A stretch of 64,000 bases of DNA from Candidatus Parcubacteria bacterium (GCA_002869265.1 PKTH01000036.1:168525-232524); one strand, 5' to 3'. Counted from the stretch's first letter, positions 36,719 through 47,290 are shown. A program made the numbers and translations. The notes: generated by a model not told the origin, from the letters alone.

Positions 36719-37216
36719 ATGGATTCATTAATAGAAATTTTTCACATTGACGCAAAACTTCTGATCGCTCAGATGATTAACTTCGCTATTGTTATTAGCG
36801 TATTATACTTTTTTGCTTTAAAACCTCTAATGAAAGTAATGGAAGAGCGAACAAAAAAGATAGAAAAAAGCATGGATGATGCTAAAAGAATAGAAGAAAA
36901 GTTAGAAAAAACAGATGCTGATTATAAAGAGGCTTTAGGAAATGCTAAAAAAGAAGCAAATGTAATAATGGAAAAAGCAACAGCTCAAGCAGAGGAAAAG
37001 AGAGAACAAATGATTAAAAAAGCCAAGGAAGATATTGGAGCTATTATTAATGACGAGAAAGCAAAGATGCAAGCAGAGAAGGCTGAGGTTTTAAGGGAAA
37101 TTAAAAAGGAGGTTGCTGGCATGGTTACAGCTTCTCTGGAGAAAGTTTTAGAAGAAAAAGTAGATGCTAAGGCCGACAAGGATTTAATTAAAAAAATAGT
37201 AGCTGAAAGTAAATAA
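36719..37216 (+). CDS. atpF: F0 ATP synthase subunit b
   Basis: 165 aa. N-terminal TM followed by a long K/E/A-rich helix. Operon position fits. Confidence 0.9.
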   Translation: MDSLIEIFHIDAKLLIAQMINFAIVISVLYFFALKPLMKVMEERTKKIEKSMDDAKRIEEKLEKTDADYKEALGNAKKEANVIMEKATAQAEEKREQMIKKAKEDIGAIINDEKAKMQAEKAEVLREIKKEVAGMVTASLEKVLEEKVDAKADKDLIKKIVAESK

Positions 37217-37217
37217 T

Positions 37218-37619
37218 ATGAAAGCAAGCTCAAAACAATATGCTGTCACTCTCTATGATTTAGTAGAGGGCAAGACTCAAAAAGAAATCTCCGACGTTTT
37301 GAAGAGCTTTTTTGAACTTTTGAAGAAAGACAATGTTTTGTCTAGACTTGATGACGTATTGAAGGAATTTAATGATATATGGAATAAGGAAAATGGAATA
37401 GTAGAAGCTTCAGTTGTATCTGCAAGAGAACTAGACAAGGCAAGTAAAAAGGAAATTGTTGATTATATAAAAACTGCCAGCAAAGCAGAAGATGTTGTTT
37501 TGGATGAAAGTGTTGATGAGAAAATTCTCGGCGGGGTTATTGTAAAATATGCAGACAAGATTGTAGATAGTAGTTTAAAAGGAAGAGTAAGTAGTTTAAA
37601 GCGTTCTTTAGAGAAATAA
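37218..37619 (+). CDS. atpH: F1 ATP synthase subunit delta (OSCP), unusually short
   Basis: 133 aa. C-terminal OSCP motif ILGGVIVKYADKIVDSSLKGRVSSLK. About 45 residues shorter than typical delta subunits. Confidence 0.8.
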   Translation: MKASSKQYAVTLYDLVEGKTQKEISDVLKSFFELLKKDNVLSRLDDVLKEFNDIWNKENGIVEASVVSARELDKASKKEIVDYIKTASKAEDVVLDESVDEKILGGVIVKYADKIVDSSLKGRVSSLKRSLEK

Positions 37620-37620
37620 A

Positions 37621-37646
37621 AAAGGCACCACTTTTGTGATGCCTTG
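37621..37646 (-). terminator. Hairpin with a U-tract only in the minus orientation
   Basis: AAGGCACCAC-tttt-GTGATGCCTT. The minus-strand reading is followed by TTTTTTATTT. The plus-strand reading is followed by GTAATG, with no T-run. Confidence 0.6.
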
Positions 37647-37654
37647 TAATGATG

Positions 37655-38089
37655 CTACATGAGTCTTTTCACGACAGTTGTTAGGTGAATGATTTCTTCA
37701 AGCATAAGGAATTCTTCATTGTTAAGCCTTGCGTGTAGATTAGTGATAAGTATTAAACGCTTATTAGTAGCGCAGGTTGGGCATTCTTCCTCGGGCATGG
37801 AGTTAGGGGCGGTATAGATGTTTTCTTTGTGAATGTTGCAGCCATTAAGAGGTCTAGTGCAATCCTGACAGACTGATTCTTTCCCAGACAGCTGGTCTAC
37901 TTGGCTCCTGAGAAAAAGAATCTCACCTAAATGAATCTTTTTCTGAGAGTCAAAATCTCGTGTAAAAAATTGGATTGCATCTTTTAACATGATTTCGGCA
38001 CATTTGAGACAAGGGATTTCCGGCATTTTACCCAAAGGGTAGTAGAGGTTATCATTGTGCTCAGGACAAGCGTCTATCTTCCTTCTCAT
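37655..38089 (-). CDS. Hypothetical Cys-rich protein with a duplicated C-x2-H-x15-C-x2-C module, antisense inside the atp locus
   Basis: Start set at ATG 38089, 5 nt after AGGAGG (complement of 38095-38100). The ORF-track TTG 38140 is less likely. Repeats are CPEHNDNLYYPLGKMPEIPCLKC and CNIHKENIYTAPNSMPEEECPTC. Confidence 0.65.
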   Translation of the reverse strand: MRRKIDACPEHNDNLYYPLGKMPEIPCLKCAEIMLKDAIQFFTRDFDSQKKIHLGEILFLRSQVDQLSGKESVCQDCTRPLNGCNIHKENIYTAPNSMPEEECPTCATNKRLILITNLHARLNNEEFLMLEEIIHLTTVVKRLM

Positions 38090-38291
38090 TTGGGCCTCCT
38101 GGATTTTGTTTGGAATTATTGTCAGTAGATTTTTTTCCAAAAAGACTTGGAAGAATTTTATCGATAAATTCTGAATAATCTCTTCGGGGTTTAACCAACG
38201 GTTTATGAAATTTCATAAATCACCTCAAATAAAAGTTTATAAAGAACAGCAATTAAATAAATATAGTAAAAATAATAATTTAAGTCAATAT

Positions 38292-39824
38292 ATGAGTAAA
38301 ACTAAGGATTTTATTGTCGAGCAGTTAAAAAAGCAAATTTCTGATTATAAGCTCTCTAGCCAAGAACAAACAGTTGGTCGGGTAGCGGAGATTGGTGATG
38401 GTATTGCTCGAATCACAGGCCTTTCTGACGTGATGATGTCAGAGATGCTTGAGTTTAACACCAAAGAAGGTGTTGTTAATGGTGTGGTTCTTAACCTGGA
38501 AGAAGATTCAGTTGGAGCTATTTTGCTAGGAGAGTATTCTGGTATTAAAGAAGGAGATGAAGTAAAAGCATTAAAAAGAATTTTAGAAGTTCCTGTTGGT
38601 GAAGCATTGGTAGGTAGAGTGGTAAACGCTCTAGGTCAACCAGTTGATGGAAAAGGAGAGATAAAAGAAGAAAAGTTCTACCCAATTGAAAAGATTGCCC
38701 CTGGCGTTATTACTCGTCAATCAGTGTTTGAGCCAGTACAAACTGGTATTAAGGCTATTGATTCTATGATTCCTGTTGGTCGTGGTCAACGTGAGTTGAT
38801 TATCGGAGATAGACAGATTGGTAAAACAGCTATTGCAGTTGATGCAATCATTAACCAAAAAGGACAAAACATGAAATGCGTTTATGTTGCAGTTGGTCAA
38901 AAAGAATCAAAGATTGCAAATATCGTTGCCAAATTAGAAGAAAATGGAGCAATGGAATACACAACAGTTGTTTTAGCTGGTGCTTCTGATCCTGCTTCAC
39001 TTTCATATATCGCCCCTTACTCAGGAACAGCAATCGCTGAATATTTCCTAGATAAAGGAGAAGATGTTTTGGTTGTTTATGATGATCTGTCTAAGCACGC
39101 TGTCGCCTATAGAGAAATCTCACTACTATTAAAGAGACCTCCGGGACGTGAGGCTTATCCTGGTGATGTTTTTTATCTTCACTCAAGACTTTTGGAAAGA
39201 TCATGTAAATTAAATAAAGACTTCGGCGGAGGATCTATTACCGCACTTCCTATTATTGAAACTCAAGCTGGAGATGTTTCTGCCTATATTCCAACCAATG
39301 TTATTTCTATTACAGATGGTCAGATTTACTTAGAAACAGATTTATTTAACCAAGGTAACAGACCGGCAGTAAACGCTGGTTTATCAGTATCTCGTGTTGG
39401 ATCAGCCGCACAAACAAAAGCGATGAAAAAAGTTGCCGGTAAAATGAGACTAGAGGCAGCTCAATACAGAGAGTTGGCTGCTTTTGCTCAATTCGGTTCA
39501 GATCTAGATGCTGAGACAAAAGCTAAGCTTGAAAGAGGAAAAAGAATTGTTGAAATCTTTAAGCAAGGTCAATATCAGCCGATCTCAATGGAAAAACAGG
39601 TTTCAATTTTCTATGCAGCGATTAATGGTTTACTTGATACAGTCCCTGTTGAAAAAATTGCAGAATTTGAATTGGGAATGTATAAGTATTTAGAAAATAA
39701 TTCTGATATCTATAAAAAGATTGCTGATAAAGGTGAATTGAGCGATGAATTAAACGCAGAAATTGAAAAAGTGGTCAATGACTACAAGGATACTCTTGAC
39801 TATATTACAAAAGAAGAAAAATAA
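38292..39824 (+). CDS. atpA: F1 ATP synthase subunit alpha
   Basis: Walker [12 protein letters not shown] 38292 gives 510 aa starting [13 protein letters not shown]. The ORF-track start 38205 adds a non-conserved 29 aa. Confidence 0.95.
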   Translation: MSKTKDFIVEQLKKQISDYKLSSQEQTVGRVAEIGDGIARITGLSDVMMSEMLEFNTKEGVVNGVVLNLEEDSVGAILLGEYSGIKEGDEVKALKRILEVPVGEALVGRVVNALGQPVDGKGEIKEEKFYPIEKIAPGVITRQSVFEPVQTGIKAIDSMIPVGRGQRELIIGDRQIGKTAIAVDAIINQKGQNMKCVYVAVGQKESKIANIVAKLEENGAMEYTTVVLAGASDPASLSYIAPYSGTAIAEYFLDKGEDVLVVYDDLSKHAVAYREISLLLKRPPGREAYPGDVFYLHSRLLERSCKLNKDFGGGSITALPIIETQAGDVSAYIPTNVISITDGQIYLETDLFNQGNRPAVNAGLSVSRVGSAAQTKAMKKVAGKMRLEAAQYRELAAFAQFGSDLDAETKAKLERGKRIVEIFKQGQYQPISMEKQVSIFYAAINGLLDTVPVEKIAEFELGMYKYLENNSDIYKKIADKGELSDELNAEIEKVVNDYKDTLDYITKEEK

Positions 39825-39826
39825 TT

Positions 39827-40786
39827 ATGGCGTCAATTAAAGACATCCAAAGAAGAATAAAATCAGTTAAAAATACTCGTAAAGTTACCAAGGCGATGGA
39901 AATGGTTGCGGCTGCCAAAATGAGAAAAGCAATAGAATCAGTATTGAAAACTAGAACTTATGCTAACCTAAGTTGGGAGACCATCTTGAATATTTCTAAA
40001 GCCGCTAATGGAGCTGCTGCTGGACATAAGCTTTTAGTAAAAAGAGACAAAGTAGAGAGAGTAGGAATAATTTTAATTACATCAAATAGAGGTTTGTGCG
40101 GTGGTTTTAATACAAACATTATCACTAAAGCTCATAAGTCTATTGAAATGCATCATAAGGATGGGAAAAAGGTGGAATTTGTCACAATTGGTAAAAAGGG
40201 GATTGGTGCTAAAAAGTACTATGGATATGATGTAGTGGCTGAATTCCCCAAGGAAGATATTATTACAGAGGTAAAAGAAGTTTATGATATCGCAAAGTTG
40301 GTTATTGACGACTATACAAGTGGTAAGTATGACAAGGTTATGGTTGCTTATACTGACTTTGTTAATGCCGCTACCCAAGAGCCTAGAGTAAAACAGCTTT
40401 TACCAGTTGATATAAATGCCGAAGATGAATATCTGGGAGTTGTTGGTTCTGATACTAGGGTAGGAACCACGAAAGAGATGATTGAAGAAAAGACAGAGAA
40501 GCACCTTAGCGATGAAAAATATGACCTTGATTATACTTTTGAACCAAGCCCAATGGAGGTATTGGATGAGATGATTCCAAGACTTATTGAGGTGCAGTTG
40601 TTTCAAGCATTGCTTGAATCAAATGCTTCAGAACACAGTGCCAGAATGACAGCTATGCACCAAGCAACTGATGCGGCTTCAGATATGATTTCAGAGTTAA
40701 CATTGTCATATAATAAAGCTAGACAAGAAAAGATTACGAATGAAATAGCAGAAATTACAGCAGGGGCTAATGCACTAAGTATGTAG
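39827..40786 (+). CDS. atpG: F1 ATP synthase subunit gamma
   Basis: 319 aa. N-terminus IKDIQRRIKSVKNTRKVTKAMEMVAAAKMRKA. C-terminus ITNEIAEITAGANAL. Confidence 0.95.
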   Translation: MASIKDIQRRIKSVKNTRKVTKAMEMVAAAKMRKAIESVLKTRTYANLSWETILNISKAANGAAAGHKLLVKRDKVERVGIILITSNRGLCGGFNTNIITKAHKSIEMHHKDGKKVEFVTIGKKGIGAKKYYGYDVVAEFPKEDIITEVKEVYDIAKLVIDDYTSGKYDKVMVAYTDFVNAATQEPRVKQLLPVDINAEDEYLGVVGSDTRVGTTKEMIEEKTEKHLSDEKYDLDYTFEPSPMEVLDEMIPRLIEVQLFQALLESNASEHSARMTAMHQATDAASDMISELTLSYNKARQEKITNEIAEITAGANALSM

Positions 40787-40816
40787 GAGTTGACTTATAA
40801 AAATATCAAATAATAA

Positions 40817-42205
<1,389 letters not shown>

Positions 42206-42223
42206 GATTTAAATCTAGATTTT

Positions 42224-42655
42224 ATGAAATTAATAAAATTTGAAATAGTAACCCCGGAGAGAATGGTATTGCAAGAGCAGGTTCAACAGGTTGTAGCTCC
42301 TACAAAAGCCGGTGAAATTACTGTATTGCCTGGGCATATTCCTTTAGTGTCTTCATTGCAATCAGGAGTAATTGAGGTAAAAAACGAAAAAGGGGAGTAT
42401 GAGGTAATGAGTGTTTCCGGTGGCTTTTTAGAAGTTTTAAAGGACAAAGTTGTTGTTTTAGCTGACACAGCGGAGAGAGCAGAAGAGCTGGATGAGAAAA
42501 GGATAGAAGAGGCTAGAGCCAGAGCAGAAGAGTCCAAAAAAGATATTAGAACTTTTGATAGAGAGAGATTTGCTAGTATTAGCGCTAAAATGGCAAAAGA
42601 ACTAGCCAGATCTAAGGCAGCAAAGAGATGGAGAAAGTTAAAAAATATTGACTAA
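42224..42655 (+). CDS. atpC: F1 ATP synthase subunit epsilon
   Basis: 143 aa. Beta-sandwich N-terminus (FEIVTPERMV..), helical C-terminus. Operon position fits. Confidence 0.9.
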   Translation: MKLIKFEIVTPERMVLQEQVQQVVAPTKAGEITVLPGHIPLVSSLQSGVIEVKNEKGEYEVMSVSGGFLEVLKDKVVVLADTAERAEELDEKRIEEARARAEESKKDIRTFDRERFASISAKMAKELARSKAAKRWRKLKNID

Positions 42656-42679
42656 TTTAATTTATAAGAGTATAACTAT

Positions 42680-43102
42680 ATGTCACACACATGTAAATCT
42701 TTAGTTATCCATTGCATGGATTTTCGTTTAGTGGATCAAATAAGAGACTGGATGACGAAAGAAAAATTAATGAAAGACGCTGATGTGGTTTCTTTAGCAG
42801 GAGCTGCTAAAAATCTTGTAGATGGTAATGAAGAAGCTAAAAATGTGTTGTTGAAACAAATTGAAATAAGTAGTTCTTTACATAATTGTCTAAAAGTATA
42901 TTTAGTACATCATTCAACATGTGGAGCCTATGCGGTCTCCTATAATTTTGCTTCCTTGGAGGAAGAGAAAAAGAAGCAGTCTGAAGACCTAGATAAAGCA
43001 GTTGAAGTCATTAAAGAAAAATTTCCTAACCTGGAAGTTAGCAAAATCTGGGTTGAAATGAAAGACGGTGAAGGAAAAGAAGTGGAGATTATCGAGCTTT
43101 AA
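42680..43102 (+). CDS. Small beta-carbonic-anhydrase-like protein (motif-level assignment)
   Basis: 140 aa. IHCMDFR (CxDxR). VVSLAGAAKNL (compare VRNAGN). VYLVHHSTCGAY (HxxCG). Starts 24 nt after atpC with no terminator. Confidence 0.45.
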   Translation: MSHTCKSLVIHCMDFRLVDQIRDWMTKEKLMKDADVVSLAGAAKNLVDGNEEAKNVLLKQIEISSSLHNCLKVYLVHHSTCGAYAVSYNFASLEEEKKKQSEDLDKAVEVIKEKFPNLEVSKIWVEMKDGEGKEVEIIEL

Positions 43103-43131
43103 ACTCTTAAATAATAGACAGGAGGTAGAAA

Positions 43132-43890
43132 TTGGACTTTTCGATCAAGAAGAAGATGTGGGAGGTGTCAGAGGAGACTGACCTTTTAGTTGGAATAAGA
43201 GGTGGTGTTTTCTTGGAAGAAGTGCTTCGGTCAATCAGTGTTTTTTCCGAAGAGTGTTTCGGGAAAATGCCAAAAAAGATTAAGTGCATGGATGGCCGGC
43301 TGTTATATAATACAGAGCCATTTCTGGGGATTGCAGGGTCTGGGATACTCTTGGATTTCGAAGATCTTTACCGATTGCTCAAGACGCAAAGAAATAAAAG
43401 TGGCCTGATTATAGAAAGTCACGATTTTTGCGGTGCGTCCTTACTCGCCATGCAGCAAGAGGATCATTTTGTTGAAACCGAAGAACACGCCATGCAGTGG
43501 TACAAGTTTTTTTCGAAATTAATTGGGGCAAAACATGTTCACGTTGAAATGGAAAATTCTCTTCATGATGAGAGAGTTTTGATTCTTGACGGGACTGGGA
43601 GATTTAATGCTTATCCAGTTAGAAACTATTTGCCATCACACTTTTTGTGTAGCGGACCAAGTATCGGTTTATCAAACCTCTATTGTATGGCAGAAATCCA
43701 GACTGCAATAAATATTGTCAGTCACCACGGTTTTGGAAAAATGTTTAATGAAAACACAAATTTTTTCTATATACTGGTTTTTGCAGAGTCAGTGGAGCAG
43801 CTAGATGCCTTGTCGCACTTGGCTTACATGGCTTCGAAAGACACTCCTTGGGTAAAAGTACATGGAACCGTAATTCCGGACTTTGTTTAG
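43132..43890 (+). CDS. Second, larger beta-carbonic-anhydrase-like protein (motif-level assignment)
   Basis: 252 aa. KCMDGR (CxDxR). LGIAGSG. IIESHDFCGAS (HxxCG). TTG start 6 nt after AGGAGG (43120-43125). Confidence 0.4.
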   Translation: MDFSIKKKMWEVSEETDLLVGIRGGVFLEEVLRSISVFSEECFGKMPKKIKCMDGRLLYNTEPFLGIAGSGILLDFEDLYRLLKTQRNKSGLIIESHDFCGASLLAMQQEDHFVETEEHAMQWYKFFSKLIGAKHVHVEMENSLHDERVLILDGTGRFNAYPVRNYLPSHFLCSGPSIGLSNLYCMAEIQTAINIVSHHGFGKMFNENTNFFYILVFAESVEQLDALSHLAYMASKDTPWVKVHGTVIPDFV

Positions 43891-43902
43891 TTTAGGAAAA
43901 TT

Positions 43903-44232
43903 ATGGAGGTGCAATTGAAAGACGCAAGAAAAGTAGATGAGATTAGGACAACTGTTCTTAGTGAGACAACAGAACTTATAAAAGAACTGATTGAGTCAAA
44001 AGAGAACCAAGTATCAAGCGCAGTTAAATTCCTTGAATTAAAAGAAAGTAAGCCAGTGTCATTGGATGGGAAAGGGCAAAAAGATCACGCAGATATTGTT
44101 TTGGTGATGATGAGTCCACGATCAAAACTTTTAGATGTGGGTGTTTCTGATTCTATCCTTAAAAAATTGTTTAAAATTTTAGGTGACGACACAGAGCAGT
44201 CACAAAACGGCATTTTGGCCGTAGTTAGATAA
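43903..44232 (+). CDS. Hypothetical protein, last gene of the atpAGDC-extended operon
   Basis: 109-aa ORF. Followed by a strong terminator. Confidence 0.5.
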   Translation: MEVQLKDARKVDEIRTTVLSETTELIKELIESKENQVSSAVKFLELKESKPVSLDGKGQKDHADIVLVMMSPRSKLLDVGVSDSILKKLFKILGDDTEQSQNGILAVVR

Positions 44233-44240
44233 ATAAAACC

Positions 44241-44270
44241 AAGCCACCTAAAAAAGGTGGCTTTTTATTT
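44241..44270 (+). terminator. Intrinsic terminator
   Basis: AAGCCACC-taaaaaa-GGTGGCTT followed by TTTATTT. Confidence 0.8.
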
Positions 44271-44340
44271 ACAAAAAAATTACAAAATAGTATACTATAA
44301 GTAACTTAAAAGAACCTTAAAACTCGAAAGGAGATGAGTT

Positions 44341-44520
44341 ATGGCAATGATCGCATATGGCGCTCTTTCGCTCTTTGTTTCTTTTATACTGACCCTGTTT
44401 ATTTCATTTGCTGGTGAATACTCAGCGACTCAAATTATCTGTTTCTTCTGGGCCGCCTGTGGCCTTAGCTACATGCTGATCGCTTTTCTTTCCAAGGACG
44501 TTCAATATGAATCACCCTAA
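44341..44520 (+). CDS. Unannotated 59-aa 2-TM membrane protein
   Basis: Manual translation gives MAMIAYGALSLFVSFILTLFISFAGEYSATQIICFFWAACGLSYMLIAFLSKDVQYESP*. SD AAGGAGA lies 6 nt upstream. A terminator hairpin lies at 44539-44568. Confidence 0.6.
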   Translation: MAMIAYGALSLFVSFILTLFISFAGEYSATQIICFFWAACGLSYMLIAFLSKDVQYESP

Positions 44521-44627
44521 AATATCTCCTTCAATTAAATAGCCGCAAAATAATGTGGCTATTTTTTCTGCGTTGTTGACAAAAAGTTTTAAAGGGATAA
44601 ACTATAATAGTTATTAAAATATATATT

Positions 44628-45116
44628 ATGTGGGTAAAAGATTACATGATCACCGATTATTTAACTGCTGGCAAAGATCTTACTATCTTGGAGGCTGTTA
44701 AGTTAATGGTTGAAAACAAAACAAATAGCTTGGTTGTTGTTGATGAAAACAAACATCCAATTGGGACACTTTCTTCCTATACATTGGTTAGAGAAGTTGT
44801 TCCAGCATATTTAAAGGATGATCCAATATTTTCAAACTTTGGAGCTGAAGGTACATTTGATAAATATGCTGAGAAAATGAAAGATCACAAGGTGGATGAT
44901 ATAATGCACAAAGATTTTCACACTCTAAGCGTAGATGACGCCATGATTGAAGCAGCATCTTATGCTATCAAAGCCTCAAGAAGAATAATGCCTGTTGTTG
45001 ATAAGGATGGATTGATGGTAGGGGTTGTCACAAGAACTTGTATAAAAAATGCTTTGTACAATACCTTATTTAAGGATGAACAAATTGACCCAGAAAATGG
45101 TGGTAATAATAAATAA
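44628..45116 (+). CDS. CBS-domain pair protein
   Basis: 162 aa with two CBS-like motifs (..VVDENKHPIGTLS.., ..PVVDKDGLMVGVVTR..). Confidence 0.8.
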   Translation: MWVKDYMITDYLTAGKDLTILEAVKLMVENKTNSLVVVDENKHPIGTLSSYTLVREVVPAYLKDDPIFSNFGAEGTFDKYAEKMKDHKVDDIMHKDFHTLSVDDAMIEAASYAIKASRRIMPVVDKDGLMVGVVTRTCIKNALYNTLFKDEQIDPENGGNNK

Positions 45117-45189
45117 TTTTTTTAGTATAGAAATAATTTAAATAAGAATAAAAAACTAATTACTTGGTTTTTTATTTTTTTTCAAAAAT

Positions 45190-46521
45190 ATGCACGAAGA
45201 ATTAGTCGGCGTCGCCGCAAATCATATAACTAGTGGAGCAGTTACCGCCGCATTGCTTATCTTTTTGGCTAGTTATGGAGCAATTATATCAGAAAAAATC
45301 CACAGAACAATTGTTGCAATATTTGGTGGAGCTTTAATGATTGTAGTTGGAATATTTATGCATTTTTATTCTCAAGAAGCGGCGATTGAGTCAATTGATT
45401 TCAATACAATCGGCCTTCTTGTCGGAATGATGATTATAGTGGGGGTTACTAAGGACACGGGACTTTTTCAGTATGTGGCAATTAAATCTGCTAAGATTGC
45501 CAAAGGAAATCCGTGGAAAATATTGATAATGTTCTCGGTTATTACAGCTCTTTTTTCTGCCCTACTTGATAATGTAACAACAGTTATGTTAATGGTTCCA
45601 ATGACCTTAGTTATTGCTGATAACCTTCGAATAAATCCCATGCCCTTTCTTTTTGTTGAGATTTTTATGAGCAATGTCGGCGGAACTGCTACATTGATTG
45701 GTGATCCACCAAATATTTTGATTGGTTCAGCAGCAGGTCTTTCATTTATGGATTTTGTTGTAAATCTGACTCCTGTGGTTATTGTAATGTTTATTGTTCT
45801 AATGCCATTGGTTAAGTTCTTTTATAAAAAACAGATAGAGACAAGCAAAGAAAACATGGAAAGAGTGATGCAACTCAATGAAAGAGATGGTATCCAAGAT
45901 GCGCTTTTATTGAAAAAATCATTGATTGTTTTAGCAATTGTTATTACTGGTTTTTTCTTACACGGTTGGCTTCATATGGAAGGTGCTACTATCGCTATTT
46001 TTGGAGCAGGTTTACTGCTTTTACTCGATAAAAAGAATCCAGAAAAAGCTTTACATGAAGTTGAGTGGATTACAATCTTCTTTTTTATCGGTTTGTTTGT
46101 AATTATTGGTGGACTTGAACATGTTGGTGTAATCGCCTGGGCTGCCGATAAGATGATTGAGCTTACTCAAGGAAGTCTCGCAATTACAGCGATGGTGATG
46201 CTTTGGGGTGGAGCTATATTCTCTGCCTTTGTTGACAATATACCTTTTGTGGCCACTATGATACCAATGGTTCAGGAGATGGGTCACACTACCTTTACTG
46301 ACCCAACAGAGCTAAATACAATTTGGTGGTCTCTAGCCCTAGGTGCTTGTTTGGGTGGAAATGGTACATTGGTAGGAGCTTCAGCAAACTTAGTAGTAGC
46401 TGGGATGGCAGAGAAGTCAGGATATAAGATTGGTTTTGTAGACTTTATGAAAATGGGGCTTTTAATAATGTTTGTAACAGTAGCTATTTCAACTGTATAT
46501 ATATACATGAGATATCTATAA
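45190..46521 (+). CDS. ArsB/NhaD-superfamily (CitMHS-like) ion permease
   Basis: 443 aa polytopic. LLDNVTTVMLMVP and FVDNIPFVATMIP duplicated hairpin motifs. Confidence 0.7.
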   Translation: MHEELVGVAANHITSGAVTAALLIFLASYGAIISEKIHRTIVAIFGGALMIVVGIFMHFYSQEAAIESIDFNTIGLLVGMMIIVGVTKDTGLFQYVAIKSAKIAKGNPWKILIMFSVITALFSALLDNVTTVMLMVPMTLVIADNLRINPMPFLFVEIFMSNVGGTATLIGDPPNILIGSAAGLSFMDFVVNLTPVVIVMFIVLMPLVKFFYKKQIETSKENMERVMQLNERDGIQDALLLKKSLIVLAIVITGFFLHGWLHMEGATIAIFGAGLLLLLDKKNPEKALHEVEWITIFFFIGLFVIIGGLEHVGVIAWAADKMIELTQGSLAITAMVMLWGGAIFSAFVDNIPFVATMIPMVQEMGHTTFTDPTELNTIWWSLALGACLGGNGTLVGASANLVVAGMAEKSGYKIGFVDFMKMGLLIMFVTVAISTVYIYMRYL

Positions 46522-46666
46522 TCTTTTTAAGATGCTATAGTAATAAAACCGCATTTTTGCGGTTTTATTGTTGATAAAATACCAAATTGCTGTTATCATA
46601 GAATTTGATCATTAAATAAATTTGTAAAGAAAATTTCTTTAAACCAAAAAAAAGAGGAGAATTAAG

Positions 46667-46858
46667 ATGAACGAAAGAAGAATTACAACTGCTGAAGAAG
46701 GGTTGGTGGTATTAATATTTTCAACGATATCCTCAGTACTGCTTATTGAGGTATTCTTATTGCCAGCCTATTGGCTGATTTTATTGATCTTATTTATACA
46801 TAGTGGGACTCTTCTTATTAGCTACACAGCCCCTGTCTCTGATGAAATGCTTTTATAG
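46667..46858 (+). CDS. Small 2-TM protein, 1 of 3 in tandem
   Basis: 63 aa. SD GAGGAG lies 7 nt upstream of ATG. Confidence 0.55.
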   Translation: MNERRITTAEEGLVVLIFSTISSVLLIEVFLLPAYWLILLILFIHSGTLLISYTAPVSDEMLL

Positions 46859-46868
46859 AGGAGGTGAT

Positions 46869-47078
46869 ATGTTTAGAATACTAGAAAGTAAATTGGCAAA
46901 GGTGCTGTGGTCTTTTTTTATTATAGTGATGTTCTCAGCTCTATCAGCCTATATTATTACCGAGGCTGTGTTCAAGGCTAAAGGGGCAAGTCTATATTTC
47001 ATAACAATGTATAGTATTATTATGTCAATTATGGCTTTTAGTCATACAACTCCTGAGTGGAGGGAGAATGATGTATAG
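46869..47078 (+). CDS. Small 2-TM protein, 2 of 3
   Basis: 69 aa from ATG 46869, directly preceded by GAGGAGGTGAT. The ORF-track start 46803 is upstream of the SD. Confidence 0.6.
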   Translation: MFRILESKLAKVLWSFFIIVMFSALSAYIITEAVFKAKGASLYFITMYSIIMSIMAFSHTTPEWRENDV

Positions 47079-47256
47079 TTTAATACATGAAGAAAATGTT
47101 AGAGAGATTTGGAGCATATTGGTTGTTGTATTTTTTTCTCTTATTTCGGGTGTAGTGATTTCAGCTGCCTTTCAGCTTGGAACATTTGCAATATTTCTTT
47201 CAGCATTTGTTGTACTTTTCATTAACGCTAATGTATATTTCTTAGCGAGCAATTAA
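47068..47256 (+). CDS. Small 2-TM protein, 3 of 3
   Basis: 62 aa. SD GGAGGGAG. Overlaps the previous gene by 11 nt. Confidence 0.55.
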   Translation: MMYSLIHEENVREIWSILVVVFFSLISGVVISAAFQLGTFAIFLSAFVVLFINANVYFLASN

Positions 47257-47259
47257 AAA

Positions 47260-47290
47260 TCAGACCACCAAAAGGTGGTCTTTTATTTTG
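47260..47290 (+). terminator. Intrinsic terminator
   Basis: AGACCACC-aaaa-GGTGGTCT followed by TTTATTTT. Confidence 0.8.
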
